Shown piece by piece: positions 24,371 through 32,482 of a stretch of DNA of 32,715 nucleotides; position 1 is the stretch's first letter; each line of letters starts with the position of its first letter. The position numbers and the translations under genes are program-made. Origin of the DNA: an uncultured Pseudobdellovibrionaceae bacterium (GTDB lineage: Bacteria; Pseudomonadota; Alphaproteobacteria; Micavibrionales; Micavibrionaceae); assembly GCA_964430725.1 (NCBI GenBank), contig CAYSGL010000001.1:1-32715 (forward strand), in the 5' to 3' direction. The notes below the pieces were generated by a model. It did no database searches. It saw only the letters and a list, made by a program, of their open reading frames with translations, and was not told the origin of the DNA.

Positions 24371-24491
24371 TTTTCTCAGTTTCGATACGGGTTGAACGGC
24401 GGATATAAAAGGCGGCTAAAAGATATTTAAATCCATCGATAATCTTGATCAGCAGCCCTTGCAGGTTACTGAGGATCGTTGCGAGGGACAC
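24261..24491 (-). CDS. Doubtful 76-aa ORF overlapping the holin 3' end and the lipoprotein 5' end
   Basis: The overlapped arrangement recalls Rz/Rz1. However, the N-terminus is only weakly hydrophobic and the protein is short for an i-spanin. Confidence 0.3.
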   Translation of the reverse strand: MSLATILSNLQGLLIKIIDGFKYLLAAFYIRRSTRIETEKNALEKANKSKTKQLDISAGSPERPSSVRERMRNDRL

Positions 24492-24954
24492 TGGCGCTCT
24501 CCTCTTTGGGGATCATGCGGGAGACGATCATTTCCGCCAGATCATAGGCGGTGATGCCGAAATGCTCCAGTGCATCGGGAACGCGTTTGATGATGTAATT
24601 CAAGGCAACGGCGATAATCTCGCTTTTCACTTCCGGATTTTTTATATCCTTGGATTTTTCGAGCGCTTTGTTTTCGGCATACTGCAAACCCGCTTTAATC
24701 GCAGTTTCAAGATAGGTGCGAATAGAGTCATCGATCTTGAGTTTATCGAGCGTGTCCTTGTTCTTTGCCCAGAGCGCTGAAATAACGAACGCCACAACCG
24801 CGCCGATCAATGCGAACAGAAAGCTGATGATCGGATCGATCGCCTGTTGAATGTCGATTGAATAAACCGGAATGGTTTCGACCGCAAAAGCTGGCAGCGC
24901 AAAGAAGGTCGCCGCCAGCATGACTGAAATGATAAAAAAGACGCCGTTTTTCAT
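24466..24954 (-). CDS. Holin-like membrane protein
   Basis: 162 aa with two N-terminal hydrophobic helices (the first resembles a signal peptide, ending AFA) and a charged C-terminal domain. It lies immediately downstream of the endolysin. Confidence 0.6.
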   Translation of the reverse strand: MKNGVFFIISVMLAATFFALPAFAVETIPVYSIDIQQAIDPIISFLFALIGAVVAFVISALWAKNKDTLDKLKIDDSIRTYLETAIKAGLQYAENKALEKSKDIKNPEVKSEIIAVALNYIIKRVPDALEHFGITAYDLAEMIVSRMIPKEESASVPRNDPQ

Positions 24955-24966
24955 GGGATTTTCCTT

Positions 24967-25578
24967 TCACGAGTAAGCCCGATTGAGCCAGCCTTTAAGA
25001 TATTTGCGCGAGGCTGGACGACGCGCTGCCAATTGGCGGTAGAATCCGGCCGCTTCCGATCGCAAGGCGGCCAGAAGAGCGGGCGTATAGCTTTTGTTGG
25101 ATAAAGAGATGGTTTGCTGTCCTATAATCCCGTCTTCGGATACCGCTTCCTTGGTGACAGCGCGCAACGCACGCTGAAGAAGAATGTGGGCCTGCTTTGG
25201 CCCCATGTTCACGCCAAAATCGAAAACTTTCATCGCAATGGCAGGTGCCAGAGCCTCATAGGGATAAGGGTCCCAAAAACGCAGGCGGTAGATACGGATG
25301 GCATCCTCGGCCTTAATGCGGCGCATATCGCGCTCGTCAATCAATCCGTCCTTGTTCAGATCGAGGTCAAGTTCCCCGTCACCATCGAGATCACCCAATT
25401 CTTTGGCCAGGCGCAGTGAAATGCCATTTTTTGTAGCGCCTCCGGGATCGTCAGGATCGTTCGACCATAATCCTTCATGTTGCAAGGTGATTTTGATCGC
25501 CTGATCGAAAACAGAGTTTTCGGTCGGCGGCAATGTTTCGAAGCGCTTGGGCTTGCTGTCTTTCCCCCAGTTCGTCAT
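24967..25578 (-). CDS. Endolysin, GH108-type lysozyme domain with a C-terminal peptidoglycan-binding-like region
   Basis: 203 aa. HEGLWSNDPDDPGGATKNGIS matches the GH108 catalytic motif (EGG..DP.D.GG.T..GI), and the C-terminus reads YLKGWLNRAYS. There is no signal or SAR sequence. The ATG has no SD. Confidence 0.85.
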   Translation of the reverse strand: MTNWGKDSKPKRFETLPPTENSVFDQAIKITLQHEGLWSNDPDDPGGATKNGISLRLAKELGDLDGDGELDLDLNKDGLIDERDMRRIKAEDAIRIYRLRFWDPYPYEALAPAIAMKVFDFGVNMGPKQAHILLQRALRAVTKEAVSEDGIIGQQTISLSNKSYTPALLAALRSEAAGFYRQLAARRPASRKYLKGWLNRAYS

Positions 25579-25613
25579 GGGAGAATGATCGGATATATTC
25601 GTGAGGAAAATTA

Positions 25614-25631
25614 GTAGGCCTTCTTGCCTAC
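25614..25631. promoter_or_regulatory. Perfect dyad GTAGGC-N6-GCCTAC; candidate Mor/C-type activator site for the lysis/late operon
   Basis: It overlaps the mor-like stop codon and lies exactly 35 nt upstream of the lys ATG (25578). A -10-like GATCAT (25590-25585) would place +1 at the ATG. Confidence 0.5.
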
Positions 25632-26011
25632 AGGTCGAGATTTAATTGATTGCTGTTTTCTTCTTCATTAACGATCCGCCGTACCTGGCGAATGGAAATG
25701 CGCAAATTCGCTGAAATTCGCACAACCGGCATCCCATCACGGTGCATACGCAATATCCTAGCTTTTCGTCCGGCCTTGACCGGCACCTCAAAATGCATGC
25801 CACCGTAAATCTGACCGATTTTTTTCGCCGCGTCCAGCCCCAGACAAACAGCCAGCGGGGAAGCGGGACCTGGATTAGCCGGAATGTAAAGGCGGCGGCC
25901 GCCCAATTCTTCACTCAGCTGAAGAAATCCATCCTCGCCGATAATTTTCTCTAAACTGGCGATTGTTGGTGTTTCCGACAGGTTATCGAGATCAATCGCA
26001 TCAAAAGTCAT
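25628..26011 (-). CDS. mor: Mor/C-family late transcription activator
   Basis: 127 aa from the ATG at 26011 (the track ORF extends to 26164). GGRRLYIP and the C-terminal HTH (VVRISANLRISIRQVRRIV) parallel Mu Mor. It lies downstream of gemA, as in Mu. Confidence 0.8.
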   Translation of the reverse strand: MTFDAIDLDNLSETPTIASLEKIIGEDGFLQLSEELGGRRLYIPANPGPASPLAVCLGLDAAKKIGQIYGGMHFEVPVKAGRKARILRMHRDGMPVVRISANLRISIRQVRRIVNEEENSNQLNLDL

Positions 26012-26447
26012 TGGGATTTCCCCCCACACGACTGATCCACCCGCGCAAACCTTTAATAACCTTGTTTGCGTCCGCTGGCGTGATCCAATGCAGATCATCG
26101 ATGCCGCACATGCGCTTGACATACGAGGCGAGCGCTTCTTCGCTGGAATCGGATAATTGATCAAGGTTTTTTAGTTGAAGCCACAGCGCCCTGATTTTAC
26201 GCGCCTGCGGTTCATCGGCCATTCTCTTCTTGCCGGAGGCTTTCGGGCGGTGCTTTCCGGAAAAACCGAGCCGGGCAAATTCTCTGACAACGCTTTCAAG
26301 CTGCCGCTCTGACATATCGGCGCTGCTCTCGATCCCCGTAATGCGGCGCAGGACGTCGCGATAATTCTCATCGGTTAAAGCGAGCTGCTTTTTAGCGACG
26401 TGAATTTTCGCGATCAAACCTTTGCGCGTGTTACGGGCTGCCTGCAT
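26001..26447 (-). CDS. gemA: GemA-like protein (Mu gp16, DUF1018-like)
   Basis: 148 aa. KIHVAKKQLALTDENYRDVLRRITGIESSADMSERQLESVVREFARLGF is typical of GemA. Confidence 0.8.
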   Translation of the reverse strand: MQAARNTRKGLIAKIHVAKKQLALTDENYRDVLRRITGIESSADMSERQLESVVREFARLGFSGKHRPKASGKKRMADEPQARKIRALWLQLKNLDQLSDSSEEALASYVKRMCGIDDLHWITPADANKVIKGLRGWISRVGGNPNDF

Positions 26448-26449
26448 AT

Positions 26450-27049
26450 TTAAACCGCCGCCAGATCAAGAGGGACGGCCGTCCAGTTTGCTTCCGGGTT
26501 GGTGCGTTTATAAAACCGCACATACGCCTTGCTGCCGGATACGCGGATGGAATCATTGATCGCTTCCATGGCGCGCAGCCATTCTGCATCGTTAATATTA
26601 TACCGGCGCAGACCGAGAATAGCTTTGGTGTTGATCCGGTTGTTGCGATCCACCCGAAAGGCGTGATCCACCATGATTTTCAGATTGGCATTAGCCCCAT
26701 CCGACCAGGAGGCGATGCATCCATCGATCAGTTCTTTCGCCGTTTTCAGGGACGGCCCGAAATCAATGAATTCTGCAATGGAAACCTGTACGCGGAATAA
26801 GCCATCATAGCTGGTTAGCGTCACGTTTCCTTTTTGGCCGCCTTTTTTTGCCCCGTATTTATCGGCAAGCAGTTCAAGAAAGGCTTCAACATCATCGAAG
26901 GCGCTTTTTTTAAACTTGGCCAGCGTCTCATGGATGCCCTCGGCTTGGCCGAACAGGGAAAGAACCAGATCATTTTCCAGTTTATCTTCGGGCTTTACTT
27001 TATCGGCGGGGACATGGTGACCCTGCGCATTGATCATAAAATCGTCCAT
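26450..27049 (-). CDS. DUF3164-like Mu early-region protein
   Basis: 199 aa from the ATG at 27049, with AGGAAA upstream. The upstream 38 codons of the track ORF are Pro/Arg/Cys-rich and unlikely to be coding. Confidence 0.8.
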   Translation of the reverse strand: MDDFMINAQGHHVPADKVKPEDKLENDLVLSLFGQAEGIHETLAKFKKSAFDDVEAFLELLADKYGAKKGGQKGNVTLTSYDGLFRVQVSIAEFIDFGPSLKTAKELIDGCIASWSDGANANLKIMVDHAFRVDRNNRINTKAILGLRRYNINDAEWLRAMEAINDSIRVSGSKAYVRFYKRTNPEANWTAVPLDLAAV

Positions 27050-27183
27050 GAATATTTCCTTTCTTATTTGTAGGGCCAGGTGCTGCTCTGCTGGACGCCG
27101 AGGACAAGGTTGTGGCGACCGGCAGGTGGCAGGTGATAGGGGCACATAAAACTGAGAAGCCAATTGATGATTTTTTTCATGGC

Positions 27184-27426
27184 CTAGCCTCTTAATGCTT
27201 TGAAATGGTCGATGCGCACGATGTTGCTTGGAACCCGAACAGGTTCAGGCTCCTTGTCCTGATCGGTTGACGCAACGCTGTTTTCCAGCTCGATAATCCG
27301 TTCTTCGAGGGATTTCATGTTTTCAACCAGCATGATGGATTCGCTGGTTGTTAACTCGATGCGGCTGTGGCTGTTCAATTCGTTTTCAAGATAGTGCCGC
27401 AGCATAGAAAAATCGTTACTCAGCAT
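27184..27426 (-). CDS. Small helical protein, unknown function
   Basis: 80 aa with a coiled-coil-like centre (MKSLEERIIELENS). It overlaps the upstream gene by 11 nt. Confidence 0.55.
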   Translation of the reverse strand: MLSNDFSMLRHYLENELNSHSRIELTTSESIMLVENMKSLEERIIELENSVASTDQDKEPEPVRVPSNIVRIDHFKALRG

Positions 27427-27805
27427 GATTGCCTCCTTTTTTGGAGATGTTGTGGGGACATTTACGGCAGGCTACGAATAGCCTGACGGCAAGATGGTTA
27501 GAGGGGTTGTATGGCAACCCTTGTTTTTTCAGGCATTCATCACCGGTGATTTGCCCAAGGATTGGACAATGATGGCAGGCTGGATTGAAGGCGGCCGTAA
27601 CGCGCGCTTCAACGGCTTTTAAATCACCCATATAGCGATTTTTTAAAACCTGATTGATCAAACTGGCACTTCGGCCGACCTTACGGGCGGCAGCGCTTTG
27701 GGAGTCCTGATCGCAAATTTCCGCCAGGCGCAGCACCCATGTCGGCGGTGTGTCGCCCCAGGCACTTTTAACGGTGTCGACCGCTTTTGAAGGAACGGTG
27801 CTCAT
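27416..27805 (-). CDS. HTH DNA-binding protein with a C-terminal Cys cluster
   Basis: 129 aa. SAAARKVGRSASLINQVLKNRYMGD is HTH-like and resembles the MuB N-terminal domain. It is followed by CHHC...C...CRKC. Confidence 0.7.
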   Translation of the reverse strand: MSTVPSKAVDTVKSAWGDTPPTWVLRLAEICDQDSQSAAARKVGRSASLINQVLKNRYMGDLKAVEARVTAAFNPACHHCPILGQITGDECLKKQGLPYNPSNHLAVRLFVACRKCPHNISKKGGNHAE

Positions 27806-28353
27806 TATTTATCTGCCTTTGATGCATATAGCGTTTTTTGGGTGTTAGCGTCGTAAATGCCCCCATCCTTTAAAGGCTGGGGAGCATTCGGTCCGGTATC
27901 CATATTTTTACGGAAGATAAATTGCCCGTCTTTTCTGAAAGGAACATTTTGGCCGGATGTTATGTATCCAGCGTTAAAAAGTAGACGCATGTATCTGTTA
28001 GCGCGGGCAGGAGAAATTTCTGCAATCAGAGCAACGTCCTTAATTGTAAATCTACCGATTGCTTTAATCCCCATCCACATGCGTTGTCGCGGTTCGGGAG
28101 GAGCCACCTGTCCATCATTTTGAATACGGGGAGGATATCGGCCGTTATCCTTGATCAAACGATAAACTTTTTTATTTTTCACCATTTTGCCCGAAAGAAA
28201 TCCACCCTTCTCAAGTCGACGGATATAATTGTAAACAAAGGCGCGACAGCTTTTGTTATCTCCCATGCTAAGCAATGAGCTAAGAGAAAATTCACGTTGG
28301 TTGCGTACCTGCTTCCAGATCCAGTCATAATTTTTTTTATGAGTCATGTTCAT
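27805..28353 (-). CDS. Protein with two tandem winged-helix-like repeats, unknown function
   Basis: 183 aa from the ATG at 28353, directly after the MuB stop (the track ORF extends to 28410). There is an internal duplication around residues 11-70 and 95-160. The DNA is AT-rich. Confidence 0.65.
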   Translation of the reverse strand: MNMTHKKNYDWIWKQVRNQREFSLSSLLSMGDNKSCRAFVYNYIRRLEKGGFLSGKMVKNKKVYRLIKDNGRYPPRIQNDGQVAPPEPRQRMWMGIKAIGRFTIKDVALIAEISPARANRYMRLLFNAGYITSGQNVPFRKDGQFIFRKNMDTGPNAPQPLKDGGIYDANTQKTLYASKADK

Positions 28354-28355
28354 AA

Positions 28356-29111
28356 TTAGAAGCTCCGAGGCGCAGGGGTGTTGGCTGTATGAAGGGGGCG
28401 CGCACCCCATTCTTTAAGACCGATTTCTTCCAACCCCTCCCCACGCGCAAATTTGGCGATGCGATCGAGGTTGGTGACGATCCGACGAATGCTGCCGCGC
28501 GCGGAGTGACAAAGCAGGTCCAGTAAATCATCCTGGACATGGATATCCGCTTCGTAATGTGTGTTGAGTGCCCGCGCATCGGCCATATCAGCACCCTGTG
28601 CCTGCGCCCAATCCATGATCCGGCCATGAAAGCGCTCCCATTTTTGAAGCTTCTGCGGCAATCTTTCTTCACCGATCAGGATCATTGGCGATTTCGATTG
28701 TTCGTAAATATCGCGAACCAGTTCGATTAGCCCCTCGCGGATCACGGCATTATCGAATTCATCAAGAATGATCGGACGTTGCGAGCAGGCCAATTCCTCG
28801 GAAACCTGATCGGCCATTTCTGCAATGGTACGACCTGATGCGATGCCCATTTGTTTTAAAAGAGCGTCAAGGAATGCTTTTTTTGTCCAGATCGAACGAA
28901 TCTCGACGTAATAGGCTTGGTATTTGGCGGCGATGTAACCGGCCGCAGTAGATTTACCAAAACCAGACGGCCCGGAAAAAGTGACAATTCCCGGAAGGTG
29001 CTCCGCGCGGTCTTGCACTTTAAGCAGCTGGTTTTCCAGCAGACTCAAATTACGAAGCGGGGCGGCCCCTTGATATTTTTCTTCCTTGACATTCATCGTA
29101 ACTACATTCAT
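28356..29111 (-). CDS. MuB-like AAA+ transposition ATPase
   Basis: 251 aa with Walker A GPSGFGKST and Walker B IILDEFD, directly downstream of the transposase. AGGAG lies 8 nt upstream of the ATG. Confidence 0.9.
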   Translation of the reverse strand: MNVVTMNVKEEKYQGAAPLRNLSLLENQLLKVQDRAEHLPGIVTFSGPSGFGKSTAAGYIAAKYQAYYVEIRSIWTKKAFLDALLKQMGIASGRTIAEMADQVSEELACSQRPIILDEFDNAVIREGLIELVRDIYEQSKSPMILIGEERLPQKLQKWERFHGRIMDWAQAQGADMADARALNTHYEADIHVQDDLLDLLCHSARGSIRRIVTNLDRIAKFARGEGLEEIGLKEWGARPLHTANTPAPRSF

Positions 29112-29136
29112 TTTTATGGCTCCTATATTTTGCCTT

Positions 29137-29159
29137 GCCCGCCTTGCGCGGGCTTTTTT
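29137..29159 (+). terminator. Rho-independent terminator on the plus strand, between the transposase and B genes
   Basis: GCCCGC-CTTGC-GCGGGC is followed by TTTTTT. On the coding (minus) strand the hairpin is preceded by A6 and is not followed by a U-tract. Confidence 0.55.
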
Positions 29160-29160
29160 C

Positions 29161-31350
29161 TTAGGTGGGAAGTGGTACGCCGTTTACGTCGTCATGGTTT
29201 TTACGCATTTGCTCGAATTCGCGCCGTGCGTGGTACCAGGATTGCTGCTCTACCCATCCGAACCATTTGGCATCGGCTGAATTAAGCGTCTCTCCGGCAG
29301 CGCGGCGCGTTTCGATATCCTGGGCACGCGCCCACCAGCGTTCTTCATCGCTGAGTTCTTTGGGTGCGTTTTTCTGCTCCAGAAATTCTTTACGGAATTT
29401 GTCCAGATCGAGATCGTAGACGCTCGATGTGGAATCCACGGCTTTGGCGGCTTCGCTCAAGCCTTCATTTTGATAGCTTTCCGATTGTTTGGGAAAGGCG
29501 GTCAGCGTTCCCTTGTCTTTCGCTGCAATGCCCAGGTAATCGTCGGCCATCTTCGCCGGTGTCAGCTTTCTCATTTCACGGCGCAACGGCTCGATCCGCT
29601 CTTTTTCAAAGTCTTTTTGAGCTTTTTTCGCTTGGGCGGCGGCGGCCACAGGATCAACGCCGGCGCGATCGAAGCAACGCGCCTCGCTGATAAATTTGCC
29701 GTCTTCATCGAAGCAGTAAATAACACCCATATCTTCGGGATTGCAGCGCACCAGCACGCGCTTGCCAACATAGGGGATCAGGCCGCCATCGAAGAAACTG
29801 CCACCATCGAGACGGATACCTTTCTTGCCGATCGTACGGAAACCGCCGTTGCCGGCAACCGGTGCCAGCAAGAGATCGAGCGCGCGCGGGTTTTCAATTT
29901 TCTTAATCGGCGCTGTCCAGCTCATGGCTTTGAGCCATGGTGTCTGTCCGCCAAGTCCGCCATGTTGCTTGTGCAGATATTTATTTTCGACCCACTGGTC
30001 GATCTTGCCTTGCAGATCCGTGTGCGAGAGTTCAACGGCAAAGGATTTTTCAGCATTTTCGCCAAGTCGTGCGGCAAAAGCGCGACGGCTTTCGATTTCC
30101 TTGCGATCCTTGACAGAGTGGCCGATATAACCCGGTAAAAGAGGCATTAAATCATGCTGTAATGTATGGAATGAACGCTCGATAAAGGGTTTTTTCTCCC
30201 CGCTGAATGGCGGGCAGACATCCTGATAGATACCAAGCGCCAGCAATGCGCCCATGAAGCGCTGCGAGGTGAAGTCTGAACCGTTATCGGTGCGGATGGA
30301 TTCCGGCACACCCCATTCGAGGATCGCTTTACGGATCAGGACCAGCGCGGCTTCAGTACGCGGCGTTTTCGTGACCATATACATGGCGCGGCGCGACCAG
30401 ACATCGATAATGCCGTAAAGTGAATAGCGTCCATCCTGGCAGAGAACGTCTGCCGGCGATGCGTCGATCTCCCAAAGCTGGTTCAGGCGCTCAATGCCGG
30501 CATCGGCTTTGCCGAGTCCGAGCTGGAATTTGTTCTTGTGACCGTCGGGATTGGTCAGGCGCTCGTGCATTTCGCCGTTTTCAGCGCGCCATTCGCACAT
30601 GAAACGCTCGAAGGTGCGCACATGCGGCAGGTCTTTTTCTTCGCGCCGGCCGCGCGCATCTTTTACCATGACGGTTTCGCCAAATTTGGCACGGCACAAA
30701 TCGCGCATGTGACCGCCGTTCAAGTGCGGTTGTTTGAGCATAAGGGCAATGATGTATTGTCTCAGCTCCCCGTCTTCGGCGCGCTCGATCACGCCGCTGC
30801 CTTTACGGTTGCCATAGCGACCGCCAAGGGCTTTAAAAGCGTCCTCTTCGCGGCGGATGCGACGCCACCGGCGCAGGGATTGAATGCTGAATTCAGGATA
30901 GATATCGAATACCCATGCCGGCACCATCGAGCTGTGACCGCAGGCCCGTTCCTTTGCATAGAATTTCAGAAATGGCCGTTCGGCCTTTTGAATGGTCAGG
31001 CAGGTTGTCTCGCGGAACTGATCGAATAGCTGGACAATGATCAGTTTGGCATTGCGGCGCTCGGCGGCGTTGTAGGTGGGTGTGCCGGGCTTTTCCAGCT
31101 CCATATAACGCGCAGGGTTGGATGCCAGTGCATCGAGGGCAGCCGGGCCGACCTGTTTTTCGATCAGCTCCATCTGCGCCGCCTCCGGCAGTGCGCTGAC
31201 ATGATATTCCAGTCCGCCGCCGACACCGTAACGCGGCCGGCATTTCCAATTTTCCTTTTTGGCTTTCTCGTTGATGCGAAAGCGAGACGAGGGCAAGCTG
31301 GATAGCTGAAGGTCGGCCAAATTTTGCGGGGTAAACCACTCGGAAATCAT
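29161..31350 (-). CDS. MuA-like DDE transposase
   Basis: 729 aa. It has an N-terminal Mu-type HTH (WFTPQNLADL...KENWKCRPRYGVGGGLEYHVSALP) and an rve-type core (WEIDASPADV, IRTDNGSDFTS). Confidence 0.95.
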   Translation of the reverse strand: MISEWFTPQNLADLQLSSLPSSRFRINEKAKKENWKCRPRYGVGGGLEYHVSALPEAAQMELIEKQVGPAALDALASNPARYMELEKPGTPTYNAAERRNAKLIIVQLFDQFRETTCLTIQKAERPFLKFYAKERACGHSSMVPAWVFDIYPEFSIQSLRRWRRIRREEDAFKALGGRYGNRKGSGVIERAEDGELRQYIIALMLKQPHLNGGHMRDLCRAKFGETVMVKDARGRREEKDLPHVRTFERFMCEWRAENGEMHERLTNPDGHKNKFQLGLGKADAGIERLNQLWEIDASPADVLCQDGRYSLYGIIDVWSRRAMYMVTKTPRTEAALVLIRKAILEWGVPESIRTDNGSDFTSQRFMGALLALGIYQDVCPPFSGEKKPFIERSFHTLQHDLMPLLPGYIGHSVKDRKEIESRRAFAARLGENAEKSFAVELSHTDLQGKIDQWVENKYLHKQHGGLGGQTPWLKAMSWTAPIKKIENPRALDLLLAPVAGNGGFRTIGKKGIRLDGGSFFDGGLIPYVGKRVLVRCNPEDMGVIYCFDEDGKFISEARCFDRAGVDPVAAAAQAKKAQKDFEKERIEPLRREMRKLTPAKMADDYLGIAAKDKGTLTAFPKQSESYQNEGLSEAAKAVDSTSSVYDLDLDKFRKEFLEQKNAPKELSDEERWWARAQDIETRRAAGETLNSADAKWFGWVEQQSWYHARREFEQMRKNHDDVNGVPLPT

Positions 31351-31952
31351 GCCGCCTCCGTGAATTTATCGATCTGGTTGCCATAGGCATCCCAACCGGG
31401 ACGGCGGGTGCGTGCAAAAAGTTCGAGATACGGGCCTTCGAACAGATCCTCGATCATCGGGATCATTTCATCGGGCTTGCGGCTGTGTTCGCGCAGGCCG
31501 CCAAAGACGGAAATACCAAGATCGCGCAGATCGTCGGGAATGCTGCCGGTAAATAGGGCGTTGCGTACGGATTTGCTTTTGATGCGCGGATTGCCCACGG
31601 TACCGAGCAGGAAAAATTCAGCCGCTGATCGATAAATATAACCGGTGCCGAAGGCTTGCTTGCCATGCTTGGTAATTTTTTCCCACGGCCCGATGGCTTT
31701 GTACTGGAATCCCCAGTGCGCCATCAACTCAAGCGCCTGCGGCAAGATCGGCGAAGTCGCCCACATGATGCAAACCGCATCGGGGCCAGTGGCGAACAGA
31801 ACATCGTCCCGCATGGCCTTTAGTTCGGCCAGCGACATGCACGGATAATGCTGGTTCGGGTTTTTTTTCTCGCCCTTGGTCGAGAAATTATCGAACTTCC
31901 ATGGGGGATCGGCGTAAATCACCGAATATTGCATGGGCAGGATCTGGTTCAT
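31347..31952 (-). CDS. MT-A70-family N6-adenine DNA methyltransferase
   Basis: 201 aa. YADPPWKF carries the DPPW catalytic motif near the N-terminus. A 4-nt overlap links it to the transposase start. Confidence 0.9.
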   Translation of the reverse strand: MNQILPMQYSVIYADPPWKFDNFSTKGEKKNPNQHYPCMSLAELKAMRDDVLFATGPDAVCIMWATSPILPQALELMAHWGFQYKAIGPWEKITKHGKQAFGTGYIYRSAAEFFLLGTVGNPRIKSKSVRNALFTGSIPDDLRDLGISVFGGLREHSRKPDEMIPMIEDLFEGPYLELFARTRRPGWDAYGNQIDKFTEAA

Positions 31953-32482
31953 TGTCCCCCTCCCATGCGCTGGATCATAATTTGCCGCAGGGCATGCTCA
32001 TCCATGCCGTTCAGCGTTTCCTTGATGTCGCTGTCGATCAGGCGCTTGAGCATCATTTGCGCCCCATATTCTGCGCAGGTCGCTTCATGCGGGGTGAGAA
32101 CACGGAAGCCGCAGGACTCGCCGAAGAATTTCAGCGTGCGCCAGTCGCCAGTGACCTCGCAGAACGCTTTCAGTGCATCAACCTGCATACGCTTTTGAAT
32201 GGCGCTCATGGCTGTCCACTGGTCGATCTGATTTTTGGTGATCTCGCGGCCGAGCAACCGGCTCATGCGCGCCGCAACTTCGATGCGGTCAAGCTTGTCT
32301 TGCGGCCGTTTGGCGACATCATCTAAAACCGTTTTTAAAAGCTGTCTAAAGCGGAATTCAAAATCGCTTAAAGAAGTCTGGCTCCCGCCTTGCAGGGATA
32401 GATGATCGCCGATGAATTCCTCGAACAGATCGAGGATCATCTGCCGCTGGTCAACCTGCTTTTTTGTTCCCCGCTTGGCCAT
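31949..32482 (-). CDS. Early-operon protein with a possible HTH, unknown function
   Basis: 177 aa. IEVAARMSRLLGREITKNQIDQWTA looks like a CII/Ner-type HTH. It overlaps its neighbours at both ends. Confidence 0.65.
   Translation of the reverse strand: MAKRGTKKQVDQRQMILDLFEEFIGDHLSLQGGSQTSLSDFEFRFRQLLKTVLDDVAKRPQDKLDRIEVAARMSRLLGREITKNQIDQWTAMSAIQKRMQVDALKAFCEVTGDWRTLKFFGESCGFRVLTPHEATCAEYGAQMMLKRLIDSDIKETLNGMDEHALRQIMIQRMGGGQ

Noticed and set aside
27050-27163. N-terminal extensions of track ORFs (27050-27163, 26012-26164, 28354-28410, 23352-23393)
   Set aside because: The extensions overlap upstream genes or have non-protein-like composition. Internal ATGs have better SDs, abut the upstream stop codons and give family-typical N-termini.
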